Below, one piece after another: positions 16,012 through 28,784 of a stretch of 64,000 bases of DNA. Both the position numbers and the translations under genes were made by a program. Source of the stretch: Dictyostelium discoideum (taxonomy: Eukaryota); assembly GCA_000004695.1 (NCBI GenBank), contig CM000154.2:640001-704000 (forward strand), written 5' to 3'. Below the pieces are notes generated by a model. It was given only the letters and a program-made list of their open reading frames with translations, did no database searches and had not been told where the DNA came from. Position 1 is the stretch's first letter. Each line of letters opens with the position of its first letter.

Positions 16012-16982
16012 ATGAAATTTAATAAAATATCTAAAGCATATATTGATTATTTTGGTAAAAATGCAATTACAGATTTAAAAACAATAATTGAAAAGAATAT
16101 TAATAATGGAAGTTCAATACCAAATATTTTAATTGGTGGTACACAATTAACAGGTAAATCAACAATGGGAAAGAAATTAGCAAATCATTTCTCCAAAGGT
16201 AAATTTTATTCAGTTGGTGGATTTTTTAGAGAGGCAGCAGCATTAGCTAATATCTCAATTGCTGAACAATCAAAATTATTACGTATAATTCAAGAGAATA
16301 AAGATCAATCATCGGTTGAACATGCTTTAAAAAGATTAGGTGGTAAAAGATTAGATATCGAAATGGATTATAAAACTTGTCAAATAATTTCTGGTATAAA
16401 TCAAATTAATTTCCAAAAAGAAAAACAAAAAGAAGAAAATTATAAATATTTAGTAATTGAAGGCAGACAACCAGCAACAATGGGATATTTTACAGAATCA
16501 TTAGGTAGAGAAGATTTAATTAAAATTTATGTAACATGCAGTTCAAGAGAAAGAGCAATCAGATTCATCGGTAGAGAAATTGGTGAACAATATGCTATTG
16601 AAGCTAATAAATTTTTACCAACTTCCAGTGAAAAAGTCAATGGACCATTATCAAATTTAACCTATGAAATTTCAAAATTACCAATACCAAATATTGATTT
16701 CATTGTAAAAGAATTTGAAAAAAATCAAAATAGAGATGAAGATGATAGACAAAGATATATGTAACTATTAATTTTTTAAAAATAAAAAAAAAAAAAAAAA
16801 AAAAAATATATATATATACTAACAATTATTAATAATTTAGAGATTTATATGGTATGGATTACGAAGACATGGGTTATTATGATTTTGTAATTGACACAAC
16901 TGGTGAAACCTCTGAAAATAATTTCAATAAAGCTATTAAATATTTAAATGATATTAATTTTGAAAAGATATTAAAAAAATAA
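16012..16982 (+). CDS. cytidylate kinase (bacterial Cmk-type P-loop NMP kinase) homologue; 2 exons: join(16012..16760,16841..16982), about 296 aa
   Basis: A Walker A motif GGTQLTGKST is followed by KGKFYSVGGFFREAA (the Cmk YLDTGAMYRA-like motif). Then comes YLVIEGRQ, then IYVTCSSRERAIRF (Cmk IFLTAS.EERA.RR), then NRDEDDRQRYMIDLYGMDYEDMGYYDFVIDTT (Cmk RD..D..R..APL...DA..IDTS). The intron has a GTAACT donor at 16761 and a tttag acceptor at 16840, with the frame closed. Confidence 0.7.
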
Positions 16983-18112
16983 AATAAAAAAAAAATAAAA
17001 ATAAAAAATCATTACTGATGTATTAATTAGTCAAGTGATTTTTTTTAATTGTTTTATTTTTTTTTGGTTTTAAATTAAAAATTAAAAAATAAAAATAAAA
17101 AAATAAATAATGGAATTATATTAATAAACAAATAACAGATTTACAAATAACTTCTGAGGTTTTATTCCTCTGAATTTTATATCAACATGCAAAGGTTATG
17201 GAAAACCTTTAATTTTGAACACTTATTCCAAACTCTCCAACTTTTTTCTTTCAACAAGCAACGTTTTTGCACTTGCTAAAACAAGTAAAATCATATGTTA
17301 TCCTTTTTTTTAAAAAAAAAACACATAAATCCTTAAATCATATAAAAAAAAAAACACATAAATAATATTTTTTAAAATTCTTTGTTAAACGTCCAAAAGA
17401 TCAATTTTATTAAAATATATAATGATCGATATGTTCCAATAAGCTTGCACTGAGGCGTTTAGATACCAAGCTTTGTACGTCTCCAATGTCTACGTTTGTT
17501 ATTGTATCTGTATACAATGAAAGGGGTTTGGTTAGTGTTTGTCTTATATTTTACGTAGAATGAATTGTGAGTTTTACATACCTGATGGTGTTATCAGTTC
17601 TTAAACGAATCCATTGTGGGACTGGTCTGTTTTGCTTTTGCTTTTTGCCTAAAATCTTTTTAATTTTTAATGTTTTATTGGATGGCTATAGATTGAGTTG
17701 TAGATTGACACGATATGTGATTTTGATAAAGGATATATTTTGATTTTTAAAAAAGTATACGTTTTGATTAATAATACATTTCATAAAAATTCAAAGATAA
17801 CCTTTAAATTTTAAAGGTTGACAGTCATATAGACACACATAGATAATAAATAGAAAGAGATAAAATAAAAAAAAATAAAAAAAAGTTACATATAATATAT
17901 CATACCATTTTGGAAATAGGGTGGACTAAAAACGAAAATTAAAAAAAAAAAAAAAAAAAAATTTCAACGGACCCCAAACTCGCTCATAATTTTTTTTGTG
18001 CGTTTGGTCATATAAAAATTTTCGAAAAAAAATTTTAATGTGAAAATGAGAATATCATAATGTAACGTTTAATTTTATGACAAAAAAACAATTGTATTAA
18101 CTGAAAATATTT

Positions 18113-18146
<34 letters not shown>

Positions 18147-18378
18147 TATTTTACATTTAATTAACAATTATAATTATAAGCAATTTTATTTTTTATTTTT
18201 TTCTTTTTCGTTAATCATTTTTTATTTTATATAGTTGTGTTGATTATCAAAATTTTTTTTTTTTTTAAACACAGAAAATATGAAAGTACAATTTTTTAGA
18301 TTTATTATTATAAATTTTTTTTTTTTTTATTTATTATTTTTTTTATTTTTTTTATTATTTTTTTATTTTTTTTTTTTC

Positions 18379-19168
18379 TCAAGGATGAAAAGTTTGTTTT
18401 GAAAACAATTCGATAGTAACTTGAGAAAGGAAAGAAGGTATTGATTTACAAGCGAATAAATAAGCTTTAATTTCTTTATCTAAATTTCTTGTAAACTCAG
18501 TTTCCAATAATTCCATTTGAATTCTACCCTTATTATTTGATTGTTGTGTTGGTGGTGATTGTTGAAACATTAAGAAATCAGATTCTCTTTCTGCATACAT
18601 TGATTGTAATTTATATCTATTATTTGTATCTACATCAATTTTAAAACCTAATAATGCATAAACAGCCTCTCTAAATTCATTAATCTTTTGTTTAAAAATT
18701 TGTTTTAATCTATCCATTTTCTTTTCACCATCATTAATTTGAATTAATAATCTATGATTTTCTTCAATTAATTTCTTATCAATTTGAATTGAATTATTAT
18801 TATTTTTATCATTATTAATATTATTATTAATATTATTATTATTACTTTCTTCTTGTTGTTGTTGTTGATTTAAAATTAAAGAAGAAGGATTATTTGAAAA
18901 ATGTAAAACTTTAGTTTTTAATGGATCAAATTCACCTTTACCTAATCTTGCTTCTAATAAAGCATTCTCTTGTAAAAGTTTTTCAATTTCTTTATTTAAT
19001 CTTTTGCATTCTTCTTTATAATTAATACTACTGAAATCACCATTAACATTATTAGAATTATTATTACAATCTAATTTATATTCATATTCTTGAATTAATA
19101 TATTCTTTTCTTTTAATGATCTTTCTAATTCATTTATTATTTCAATTCTTCTTTTTGTATCACCTGAT

Positions 19169-19208
<40 letters not shown>

Positions 19209-19924
19209 CATCATCTTGAAGTTGTTGAGGTTGTTGATTATCATCATAAGTATCTAAAATATTTTTAATATTATCTCTTTCTCTATTTAATAAATAATTT
19301 AATTTTTCTAATCTTTTAATTTTCTCTGTTAATTCATTAATTTTTGTTAATTTTTCATTTAATGAGTCTTTTTCTTGTTGAATACGAATTGAATAATCTT
19401 GATTTCTACTCTCCATTAACTTCCAATTTGCAGTGATTTCCCCAATTTTACCAATTAAAGTTTGATTATCATTCTCTAATTGAATGATTTTTTGTTGTAA
19501 TTGTTGAGTGGATTGTTGTTTATCAATTGAACCAAAAGTTAACTCCATTTGATTCTTTTCATTGATTAATTGATTATGTTCAACTTGTAATCTATTATAT
19601 TTCTCAATCAATGGTTCTAATCTTTTTATTTTCTCTTTCATATTTTCATTTTGTTGTTTTATCATCTCTAAATTACCAACTCCTTCAAAAATTTTATTTA
19701 GTCTATTAATTTCATCTTTTTGTTCTTTATTAATTTTTTTAAAATAATTAATTTCAGCTAAAATTAATAAATAAAAATTATTTTATTAGTAAAATAAAAA
19801 AATAAAAATAAAAAAAAAAAAAAAAATGGAAATAAAATTTTTATAAATTAATTACATTACATTTTAAAGATTGATTTAATGTTTCAATTTCTGAATTTTT
19901 TAAAGATGCCGATGCTGATGATAA

Positions 19925-19956
<32 letters not shown>

Positions 19957-20248
19957 AAGTTATAATATTTTTAAATGTATCTAATTGTTTATCTTTTTCA
20001 GATAATTGTTTTAAAGTTGAATCTAAAGTTTGTTTTTGATGATTAATTTGTTCTTCTAATTTTTTATTAATTGATTTTAAATGTTGAATTTCTGAATCTT
20101 TTAATTTTTGAATTGATGTTAAATCATTTTGATTTGAATTTTTATGTTTTAATTCAACAATTTCTGTTCTACAATTTGTTTTTTCTTTTTCAATAGCTCT
20201 AATCTTTAATTGAGTATTTCTTTCTAATTCTAAATATTTATTATCCAT
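18379..20248 (-). CDS. coiled-coil protein, Gln/Asn-rich; exons complement(join(18379..19757,19861..20248)). It may extend 5' to 20279 and join the next ORF.
   Basis: A GTAATG donor at 19860 and an aattttag acceptor at 19758 link the ORFs 19841-20248 and 18379-19665 in frame (T+CT=Ser). The heptad-repeat, Lys/Glu/Gln-rich sequence runs throughout. Confidence 0.5.
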
Positions 20249-20332
20249 TTCTTTTAATTTATCTTCTAATTCTTTTTCACTATTTGATAGAAATTTAATT
20301 TTTTTTGATAATCCCTTTTTTTTTTTTTTTTT

Positions 20333-20833
20333 TTATATATGTATTAGTTTTTTTTTTTTTTTTTTTAATATATATATATATATAATATTTACTTCAATTT
20401 CTAAATTTTTGTTTGCAATTTTAGTTTGATTAATTTTTTCAGAATTTTCTAAATCTAATCTTGCTTCAGCAGTTTTTGTAAGTAAAAATTTATTTGTTCT
20501 TTCAATATCATTGAATTTTACTTTTAATTCTGATAATTCCTTTTCAGTTGATGATAATTCTAATGATTGTTGTAATAAATTATCACCAATTCTTTTATCT
20601 TGTTTTAATTGTCTTTCTAATTGTTGAATGTATAATTGTTGTTTTTTAATTGCTTCATTTGCATCACTAAGAAATGTAATTGGTAAATCATTATTGATTT
20701 CATTTACTGTTGAATTTTGTTCGTCGTCATCATCATCATCATCATTATCGCTATTATTATTCTCGATTGAATTCAAATATTCTTCAATATCTTTTGAAAG
20801 TGAATTAAATTCTTTATTATCAAGAAATATTGC

Positions 20834-20869
<36 letters not shown>

Positions 20870-21019
20870 TATACTTTGATTAAAATTGAAATTATTATTA
20901 TTACTATTCAATGATTTGTATAAACTACTATTTGTATTGATTTTACCTCTAAAGGTATCTTGAGATTTTAATAGAGTTGATGTTGATAATAATATATTAT
21001 CATCATCTTCTTGACTCAT
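20333..21019 (-). CDS. coiled-coil protein N-terminal ORF (228 aa); probably the 5' exon of the gene above, but the splice phase does not close
   Basis: The ORF ends ...NLEIE followed by GTAAAT. The only available acceptor (aaatag at 20280) would deliver phase 0 into an exon that needs phase 2. A homopolymer A18 run sits between the two. Confidence 0.4.
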
Positions 21020-21335
21020 ATTTAATTGTATACACTAAAAAAAAAAAATGAATTTTTTTTTTTTTTTTTTTTTTATTTACTTTAAAATTTTTTTATTTTT
21101 TTTTTTATTTTTTTTTTTTTTTAATTTGGTTTATTTTTTTGATGGGTTGAAGTGATAAATTAATGAAATAAAAATGAAAATGAAAAAAAAAAAAAAAAAA
21201 AAAAAAGTTTGGGAATGGAAATAAAAAAAAAAAAACCCGCAAAATTTTTAATTTTTACTTTAATTTTTTTTTTTTTAATTTTCTTAAGATTAAATAATAA
21301 ATTTTTTTTTTTTTTTTTTTTTTAATATATATATA

Positions 21336-21534
21336 ATGAATGAAGAGCAAGAAAATGAAATCTTAGCAATATCATCAATTTATCCAGATAGTTTTAGTGA
21401 AATTGAAACAATTGTTGGGGAAGAAGAAAATGATGGTTTTGAAGATAATGATAGTCAATATTCAAAAATTTATCAAGTTATAATAACACCAAATATATCA
21501 TGTCTTGATGAAAATAGTTTAGAAGATAATAATA

Positions 21535-21579
<45 letters not shown>

Positions 21580-22242
21580 GATTAATAATTGATACAAGTT
21601 ATGATTATTTGATTTATTTTAAATTTAAATATACTAAAGAATATCCATCAAATGAACCACCAATTATATCAATTAAAGCTACATGGCTTCAAAAATCGGA
21701 TCAATCAATTCTATTATCACATTTAGAAGATCTTTGGAACCAAAATGAATTGGTGATATTTCAAATGATATCTTGGCTTCAAGAAGAGTCAATAGAAATT
21801 TTAAATAATCATTATAAATCTATAAAAAAGTTTAGTCATTATCATTTAAAAAAATCTTTAAATACTCAACAATTAAATCAAAATCAAAACCAATTTGAAA
21901 ATCAAAATCAAAATCAAAATCAGAATCAAAATCAAAATCAAAATAAAGAAAAAGAAAAAGAAAAAGTACCAACTATATATACTGGTCAATCAGTTACAGA
22001 AAAGAAATCTAAATTTCAAGCACATCTTGCAATTGTTCATTCAGAGAGAGAAGTTCAATTAGTTTTAAATCAATTACTTTCATTTAAAAAAATTTATGAA
22101 GCAACTCATAATATGTATGCATATCGTTTTCAATTAGAAAATGGTGAAATCGTATGTATTTTTAATTTTTACTGAATCATCTATTATTTATTATTGATAA
22201 TTTCATTTGAGAAGAGTGATTAATAAATACTAATAAATAAAA

Positions 22243-22285
<43 letters not shown>

Positions 22286-22528
22286 CATTATTATTTTATT
22301 ATCTAGAATGAATATTATAATGATGATGGAGAAGATGGTGCAGGTGATAAAATGTTATTCACACTTTCAAAGAATCAAGCAAAAGAGATATTAATTGTTT
22401 GTACTCGTTGGTTTGGTGGAATATTATTAGGAGGAAGACGTTATGTTCATATAGTTAATACTACAAAAGATATTTTAAATCTTTATAATACCAACTCATT
22501 ATCACAATGCAGTTTAGAATTTAATTAA
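21336..22528 (+). CDS. IMPACT/Yih1 family protein (N-terminal RWD domain plus C-terminal Impact/YigZ domain); 2 exons: join(21336..22151,22307..22528)
   Basis: EILAISSIYPDSF is an RWD start. The Impact domain reads GQSVTEKKSKFQAHLAIVH...HNMYAYRF...DDGEDGAGDKML...IVCTRWFGGILLGGRRYVHI (human ...DDGE.AAG..LL...VVVSRWYGGILLGPDRFKHI). A GTATGT donor at 22152 and a tatctag acceptor at 22306 join in frame to the stop at 22526. An NQ-repeat linker from a (CAAAAT)n repeat is inserted between the two domains. Confidence 0.8.
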
Positions 22529-22848
22529 TTAAACTCTTCAAATTTAGGGAAAAAAAAAGAAAAAACAAAAAAAAATTTAATTTTAATAAAGAAATTTAAA
22601 GAGAAAATTAAAGTGGATGATCATAAAAATGATTTATTTATTTATTTTTTATTTATTTATTTATTTTATTTTAAATTAGCATTATTAAATTTAGGTATTA
22701 TTATTATTATTATTATTATTAAAAAAAGGCCTATAATTAAAAAAATATATATTTTATTTTAATAAATGATAATTTAATTATTTTTATTTTTGTGTTAATA
22801 ATTAAAAAAAAAAAAAAAAAGAAATAAAAAAAGAAAATTAAATAATTA

Positions 22849-23824
22849 TTAAAGACTCTTTGTAGAATTATTTCCACCATCACCACCGATATTAACAGTT
22901 GGTCTAATCACAACAAAGAATACTAAATAAATTGAAACACCAATAACCACCATTGCTACTAAAGATAAAGGTCCCTTTTGATCATCAAATGGACCTTGTG
23001 TTTTTGTTCTAATTGCATGTCCTCTTCTTCTGAATTGCATTGTTGAATAAACCATAAATACCATTGAAATTGCCCACAAGAAAACACCTGTTGCCAATGA
23101 CACACCTTCACTACCAAACCATGTAATAATTGCTGTACCAATAGCACCTAATGAAAATGTTAAACCTAAAAGTAGTTTATTTATTATCAATTAATAATTG
23201 GAAAAAAAAAAAAAAAAAAAAATTATTAGGAAAGGTGATAAATTATTATTGATTATTTTTTTTTTTTTTTTTTTTATATTTTTTTTTATGTATAAATTAT
23301 AATTTTTACCAATCCAAGATAAAAAAGTTCTTTCATTTGAAAAGAAGGATTTTGCATCTTTTGAATTTTCTTTAATTCTTCTTTCTTCAGGTGTTAAAAA
23401 CTTGTCTTTATTACCACCGCCACCACCACCATTCTTTTTCTTTTTCTTTTTCTCTTTCTTTTCACCACCATCAAAATACATTTCAGGATCGACTTCAATT
23501 TGAGGTGTTGTAGAGTTTAATACCTTTACATTTCCATTACTATCCATTGGTGACATTTCAGTTGTATATTGATTATCTTGATGGTTTTCTCTATTCTTTT
23601 TACTCTTTATTAACATTGGTGATTGAATGATAACATTATCAATATCTTCACTATCTACAATATCATCTTTATTCTTTTTATTCTTTTTCTTATCTTTTTT
23701 CTTTTTCTTTTTCTTTTTTTCTTCATCTCCACTATCATTATCTCCACTATTATTATTGTTATTGTTATTATTATTATTATTACTATTGTCATTTCCATTT
23801 TTATTATTATTATCATTTCCATTT

Positions 23825-23856
<32 letters not shown>

Positions 23857-24132
23857 TTCATCATTATTATTATTATTATTATTGTTATTATTATTATTAT
23901 TATTACTATCTTTATTTAAATCAAATTTATTATTATTTGTTAAATTATAATCATCTGATATTGGTAAACTGGGAGGTGTTAAATGTTTTTCTAATTTTTT
24001 TTGTTGTTCTGGTGTTAATAAAACGATATCATTATCATCATCATTATTATTATTATTGTGGTTATCTTCAGAATCAGAGTTATTCCTGGGTGTATTTGTG
24101 TCAATTAAATTATTTTTTTCATTTTTATCCAT
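22849..24132 (-). CDS. DUF202 (YidH-like) membrane protein with a long N-terminal poly-Asn/Lys-rich region; 2 exons: complement(join(22849..23165,23310..24132))
   Basis: SNERTFLSWIG matches the DUF202 E-R-T-x-L-[AS]-W-x-R motif. A GTAAAA donor at 23309 and a ttttag acceptor at 23166 give G+GT=Gly and continue into two predicted TM helices (ORF 22849-23190). Confidence 0.6.
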
Positions 24133-24646
24133 TTTTTTAATGTTTTTTTATTTTTTTTTTTTTTCCAAAAAATTATATATATATAATTATATCTATCTTT
24201 TTTTTGTATTTATTATTGAATATGAGTAATCTGTTTTTTTTTTTTTTTTCTTTGGGTTAAAAATAAAAAAAAAAAAAAAAAAAAAATTTAAAAAATAAAA
24301 AATAAAAAATAAAAAATAAAAAAAAAACCAAAGTTTGAAAGTTTTTTCACAATTTAAAATGTCAAAAAAAAAAAAAAATAAAATAATAAAACATAAAATA
24401 AATTAAATTTTAAAATAATTTCCAAAATTAATTAGAATAATAATAATAATAAATCTTTTTTTTTTTTTTTTTTTTATAAATATATTCTTTTTTTATTTTA
24501 TTTTTTTTTTTTTTTTTTTTGTTTTCCTATTTTTAAATTTTTTTTTTTTCTTCTTTTTTTTTTTGTTTTCCTATTTTTAAATTTTTTTTATATTTTTCTT
24601 TTTTTTTTTTCCAGTTTTTAATTTTTTTTTTTTTTTTTTTTTAAAA

Positions 24647-25130
24647 TTATTTTATAATTTTCTTTTTAATGAATAATGGTCTAAGATCAATCATTTCAAT
24701 ATCTCTAGTTGAAATTGTTGATAATGGTAATTCAGTTTGGCCACCAACTACAATTAACATTGTATCAATTACAGAGATAGAGTGATATTTTCTTTTCATT
24801 GGTCTTTCACCACCATCAACTTCTAATTCACCCCATTCCAAAGTGACAGTATCAAAAAAGAATATTTCATTCTCTACTAATAATAAAATGATATTTCCAA
24901 AACAGCCACCAATCAAAGTATATTCACTCAAAAAACCGCCATGTGGGAAATTACCATTGTAAATAACTGGACTCCAACGGAATGTATTAATATCCATTTT
25001 ATACATTTCCATACATTCCGATATAATTATCCATAAAATTCCATTACTAAAACAAACTTTATAATCTTTATCTTTTAAATTAAAAATTGTTCCAAATACA
25101 TTTGGTTGTGTCCATTTTAATGTATCTTTA

Positions 25131-25197
<67 letters not shown>

Positions 25198-25851
25198 ATT
25201 TATTTAAGGAAATAATAATAAAAATAATAATAATAAAAATTAAAAAAAAAACTTACTTTGATTTGATAAATTTAATAAATGAACATCAGAATAAATTTGC
25301 CCATTATCACCAATTCCACCAAATAATAATATTGTATCATTTGAAATTTGATGAACAAAATGAGAATGTCTTGGTTTTGGTTGAGTTCCTGATGCTTGGC
25401 ATTTAACCCAAAATAAGGATTCTAAATAAAAAAAAAAAAAAAAAAAACATGGAGAATTTTAATAAATTTGGGGAAAAAAAAAAAAAAAAAAAAAAGATAC
25501 TATTATAATTATTATTATTATTTTGTTTTGAAAAAAAAACTTACCATAATCCAATAAATAAATATCATTACTTAAATTGATACAAATATTACTATTGCTA
25601 TTACTGTTACCTCCTCTGTTATTATTATTATTATTACTATTATTATTGCCATTTGAAGAATCACCAACAATGATACCACCAATTAATAATAGTTTTCCTT
25701 TATAGTTTCCATTTAATGCTGTTAATGAATGATTAATACGATTTGAAGGAGTATCACCATCACATGTTGAATTTTCCCAATGATAAATTGTTGGTCCTGT
25801 ATATTGTGGTAATTTAGAATATGTTTTTCTAATTTGTGCGCTATTATTACA

Positions 25852-25904
<53 letters not shown>

Positions 25905-26006
25905 TATTATTAATTGATGATGTTGGTGATGTTGTTGTAGTTGTGGTAGTATTGGTTGTTGTTGTTGTTGTTTTAGAAAATCCTAAAGTTTTTGGAATAT
26001 TATTTC

Positions 26007-26046
<40 letters not shown>

Positions 26047-26355
26047 AGTACTTCCATTTGCAGCACTGTTATTCACATTTGAACCTAAAAGTTTATTTAA
26101 TTTACCCATTGATTGAGTATTTTGAGGTCTTGCAATTTCATCAGTTACACCACCACCAACACTTAAAAATGCTAAATCTGTATAACCATTTGAATTATTT
26201 GGATTACCTCCTCCAAAAAATGCAATTGTACCCAAATCATTTACACTATAATTACTACAACTTGCACCATCTTGTTTTGAGATTAATATTGTACTTGAAT
26301 GTGATATTCTAACTGGTGGTTGTGATCCTTCAATATTTAATTGATACCATTTCAT
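24647..26355 (-). CDS. Kelch-repeat (galactose-oxidase-like beta-propeller) protein; 3 exons: complement(join(24647..25125,25257..25421,25545..26355))
   Basis: Repeated propeller blades are visible: ...LLLIGG..., ...ILLFGGIGDNG, ...TLIGGCFGN, ...LIVVGG. GTAAGT donors sit at 25544 and 25256; the acceptors are tttag and taaag. The phases 1/1 are consistent. The first exon contains a poly-Asn and a poly-Thr tract. Confidence 0.6.
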
Positions 26356-26649
26356 TTTCTATTATTAATTATTATTATTATTAATTATTAATTATTAATT
26401 ATTAATTATTAATTATTCCCTTCTTTTATTTTTATTATTTTTTATTTTTTTGTTTTTACTCTTTTTTTTTTTTATTTTTATTATTTTATTTTATTTTATT
26501 TTTTTTAATTTAAAAAAAAAAAAATATTAAATAATATAATAAAAATAATAATGAATTAAATATATAAATAAATAACAAATATAAATATAAATTACTCAAT
26601 ATAAAATAAAATTATGTGTTATATATAAACGTAAAAAAAAAAATGTTTA

Positions 26650-26690
<41 letters not shown>

Positions 26691-26828
26691 AAAAATAAAA
26701 ATAGGTTTATTCACGCAAATTGTGTGAATTTTTTTTTTTTTTTTTTTTTTTTAAAATTGGAGGTATTGTGTATTTATACTTTTTTTAATTATGCCAGTTG
26801 ATCCCAAACTAAACGTTTAAGAATGGGT

Positions 26829-26880
<52 letters not shown>

Positions 26881-27104
26881 TTTTTTGGTGTTAACAAAAA
26901 AAAAAAAAAAAAAAATTTTTAGTGTTTTTTTTTTTTAAAAAAAAAAATAAATTTTTAGTGTTTTTTTTTTTTTTTTTTTTTTTTTTTTTCTTCTCGCCCA
27001 CATAATCACAGATCCAGTTTTTTTTATTTTTTTTTTTTTATTTTTTTTTATTTTTATTTTTTTTTTAATTTTTTTTTGATTTGTGCAAACCAAAAATATC
27101 TTCT

Positions 27105-28100
27105 CTACCTTTGGTTCAAAGAAAAATGAAGTTGTTGGTCGACCCATTCAGTGCATCCTTCCCACACTTTTATGTTATATTCTAAAATATATGAAATTTC
27201 AAAACGTTTGCCAATACCATTATAAATATTATTATTAAAAATATTACCATCACCACTACCACCACCACTAATATCACCACTAATAATACCATCATCATCA
27301 TCATTATTATGGTTATTATTATTATTATTATTATAATTAAAATTTTTATTATAAAATTTTAAATAATTTTTAAATTGGGTTAATTGGATAATTGATAAAT
27401 TTTTTAAAAAATATAAAACTTTTTCATAATTTGAATTACTAATTGGCAAATCATAATGAAATAAATTTAATTCCAATTGATTATTTAATTCCTCTTTTGT
27501 CATATATAAAACTTTTAAAATTGATAAATAATTCCAAGAGAATGGTAGTTCTTTGTCCATTGAAACGAGAAATTTTGAATTTTCACCATAAACCGATAAA
27601 CCATATTGTTCTAAAATTGACATTTTCCTTTCATATGATTTTAAATCTTGCTTCATTTCTTTCTCCAATATAATATCTGGTATTGCATCTTCTTGAACTA
27701 ATGGAATTGAATCGTTACTATTATTTTCAATTATAAAACCATAATAATTCATTAGAGTGAAATTGGAGTGTTTACCATAGGATATGAAAACTTGACTATC
27801 TTTTTCAAATTTAGTTTTTGTAATCACTTGATAGCATTGCTTCTTTTCATCAAACTTTGTTTCTGTATTAACATCTGATGAATGATTAAATAAATCTGCT
27901 AATGGTACCAAAGCACAATCGTCCTTATCTTCCAATTGTAAATGTTTTGGTAGTTCTTTCATATTTCTATCATAATAATAGGTTCTTGATTGAATTGTAC
28001 CCCAACACCATTGATATAAATTAAAATCAATAATTTCTTTTAATTTTATAGTAATATTTTCATCATCACCACCACCACCACCACCACCACCACCACCACC

Positions 28101-28132
<32 letters not shown>

Positions 28133-28784
28133 TACTATTATCATTTAATTTTATTACAATTCTATTTAAATCATTTTTATAATTATCCATTAAAATCTCT
28201 TTAAATGAATCAAAACTTTCAAGCATCTCATTCTTTAACTCCAAAACTTTTTCAACATAAATTGGATATCCTAAATGTTCAATTTCATCATCATCATATG
28301 TTGATGTTATATTATATTCAGTTGGTAAATCATCTAATTTTAATTTAAAATAAATAAATAAATAAATGTTAATTTTATTATTATTATTATTTTTTTTTTT
28401 TTTTTAATACACACTTAAATAATTATACCAAATTGAATTTTTTTTTAATAATTTTTCAATTATTAAATGAAATGAAATTCTTTGTTTTGAATTAAATTGA
28501 TTAACACTATCATGAAAAGGTTTATAAAAAATTGACGATGGTGATAAATTATTTTCAACAAATGTTTTTATATAACTTTTTATTTTTTTAATGATTGGAG
28601 GGTTTAATTTTTCAAGTGAAAATTTTGATTTTGAATGTATTAAAAATTTCTCTGGTATTGATATTAATACTTCGTCTTGTTTAATTTCATGATTCGCAAT
28701 TACTCCTCTACCTATATCTTCAAAATCATGTACACTTAATTTTTCATTCCACTCTATACCATTATTTATTCCCCATTCTAACAT
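27105..28784 (-). CDS. SET-domain protein-lysine/histidine methyltransferase (SETD3/SETD6/RuBisCO-LSMT-like); 2 exons: complement(join(27105..28333,28415..28784))
   Basis: The N-terminus MLEWGINNGIEWNEKLSV and the SET core with CALVPLADLFNHS and VFISYGKHSNFTLMNYYGF are diagnostic. A GTGTGT donor at 28414 and an aattag acceptor at 28334 give phase 1 (A+AT=Asn). A poly-Gly/Asp insert lies in the N-lobe. Confidence 0.75.

Noticed and set aside
26990-27010. CGCCCACATAATCAC resembling a DUSE
   Set aside because: It has an extra base relative to the CCCA[CT]AA consensus. It sits in poly(T) spacer with no downstream structured segment.
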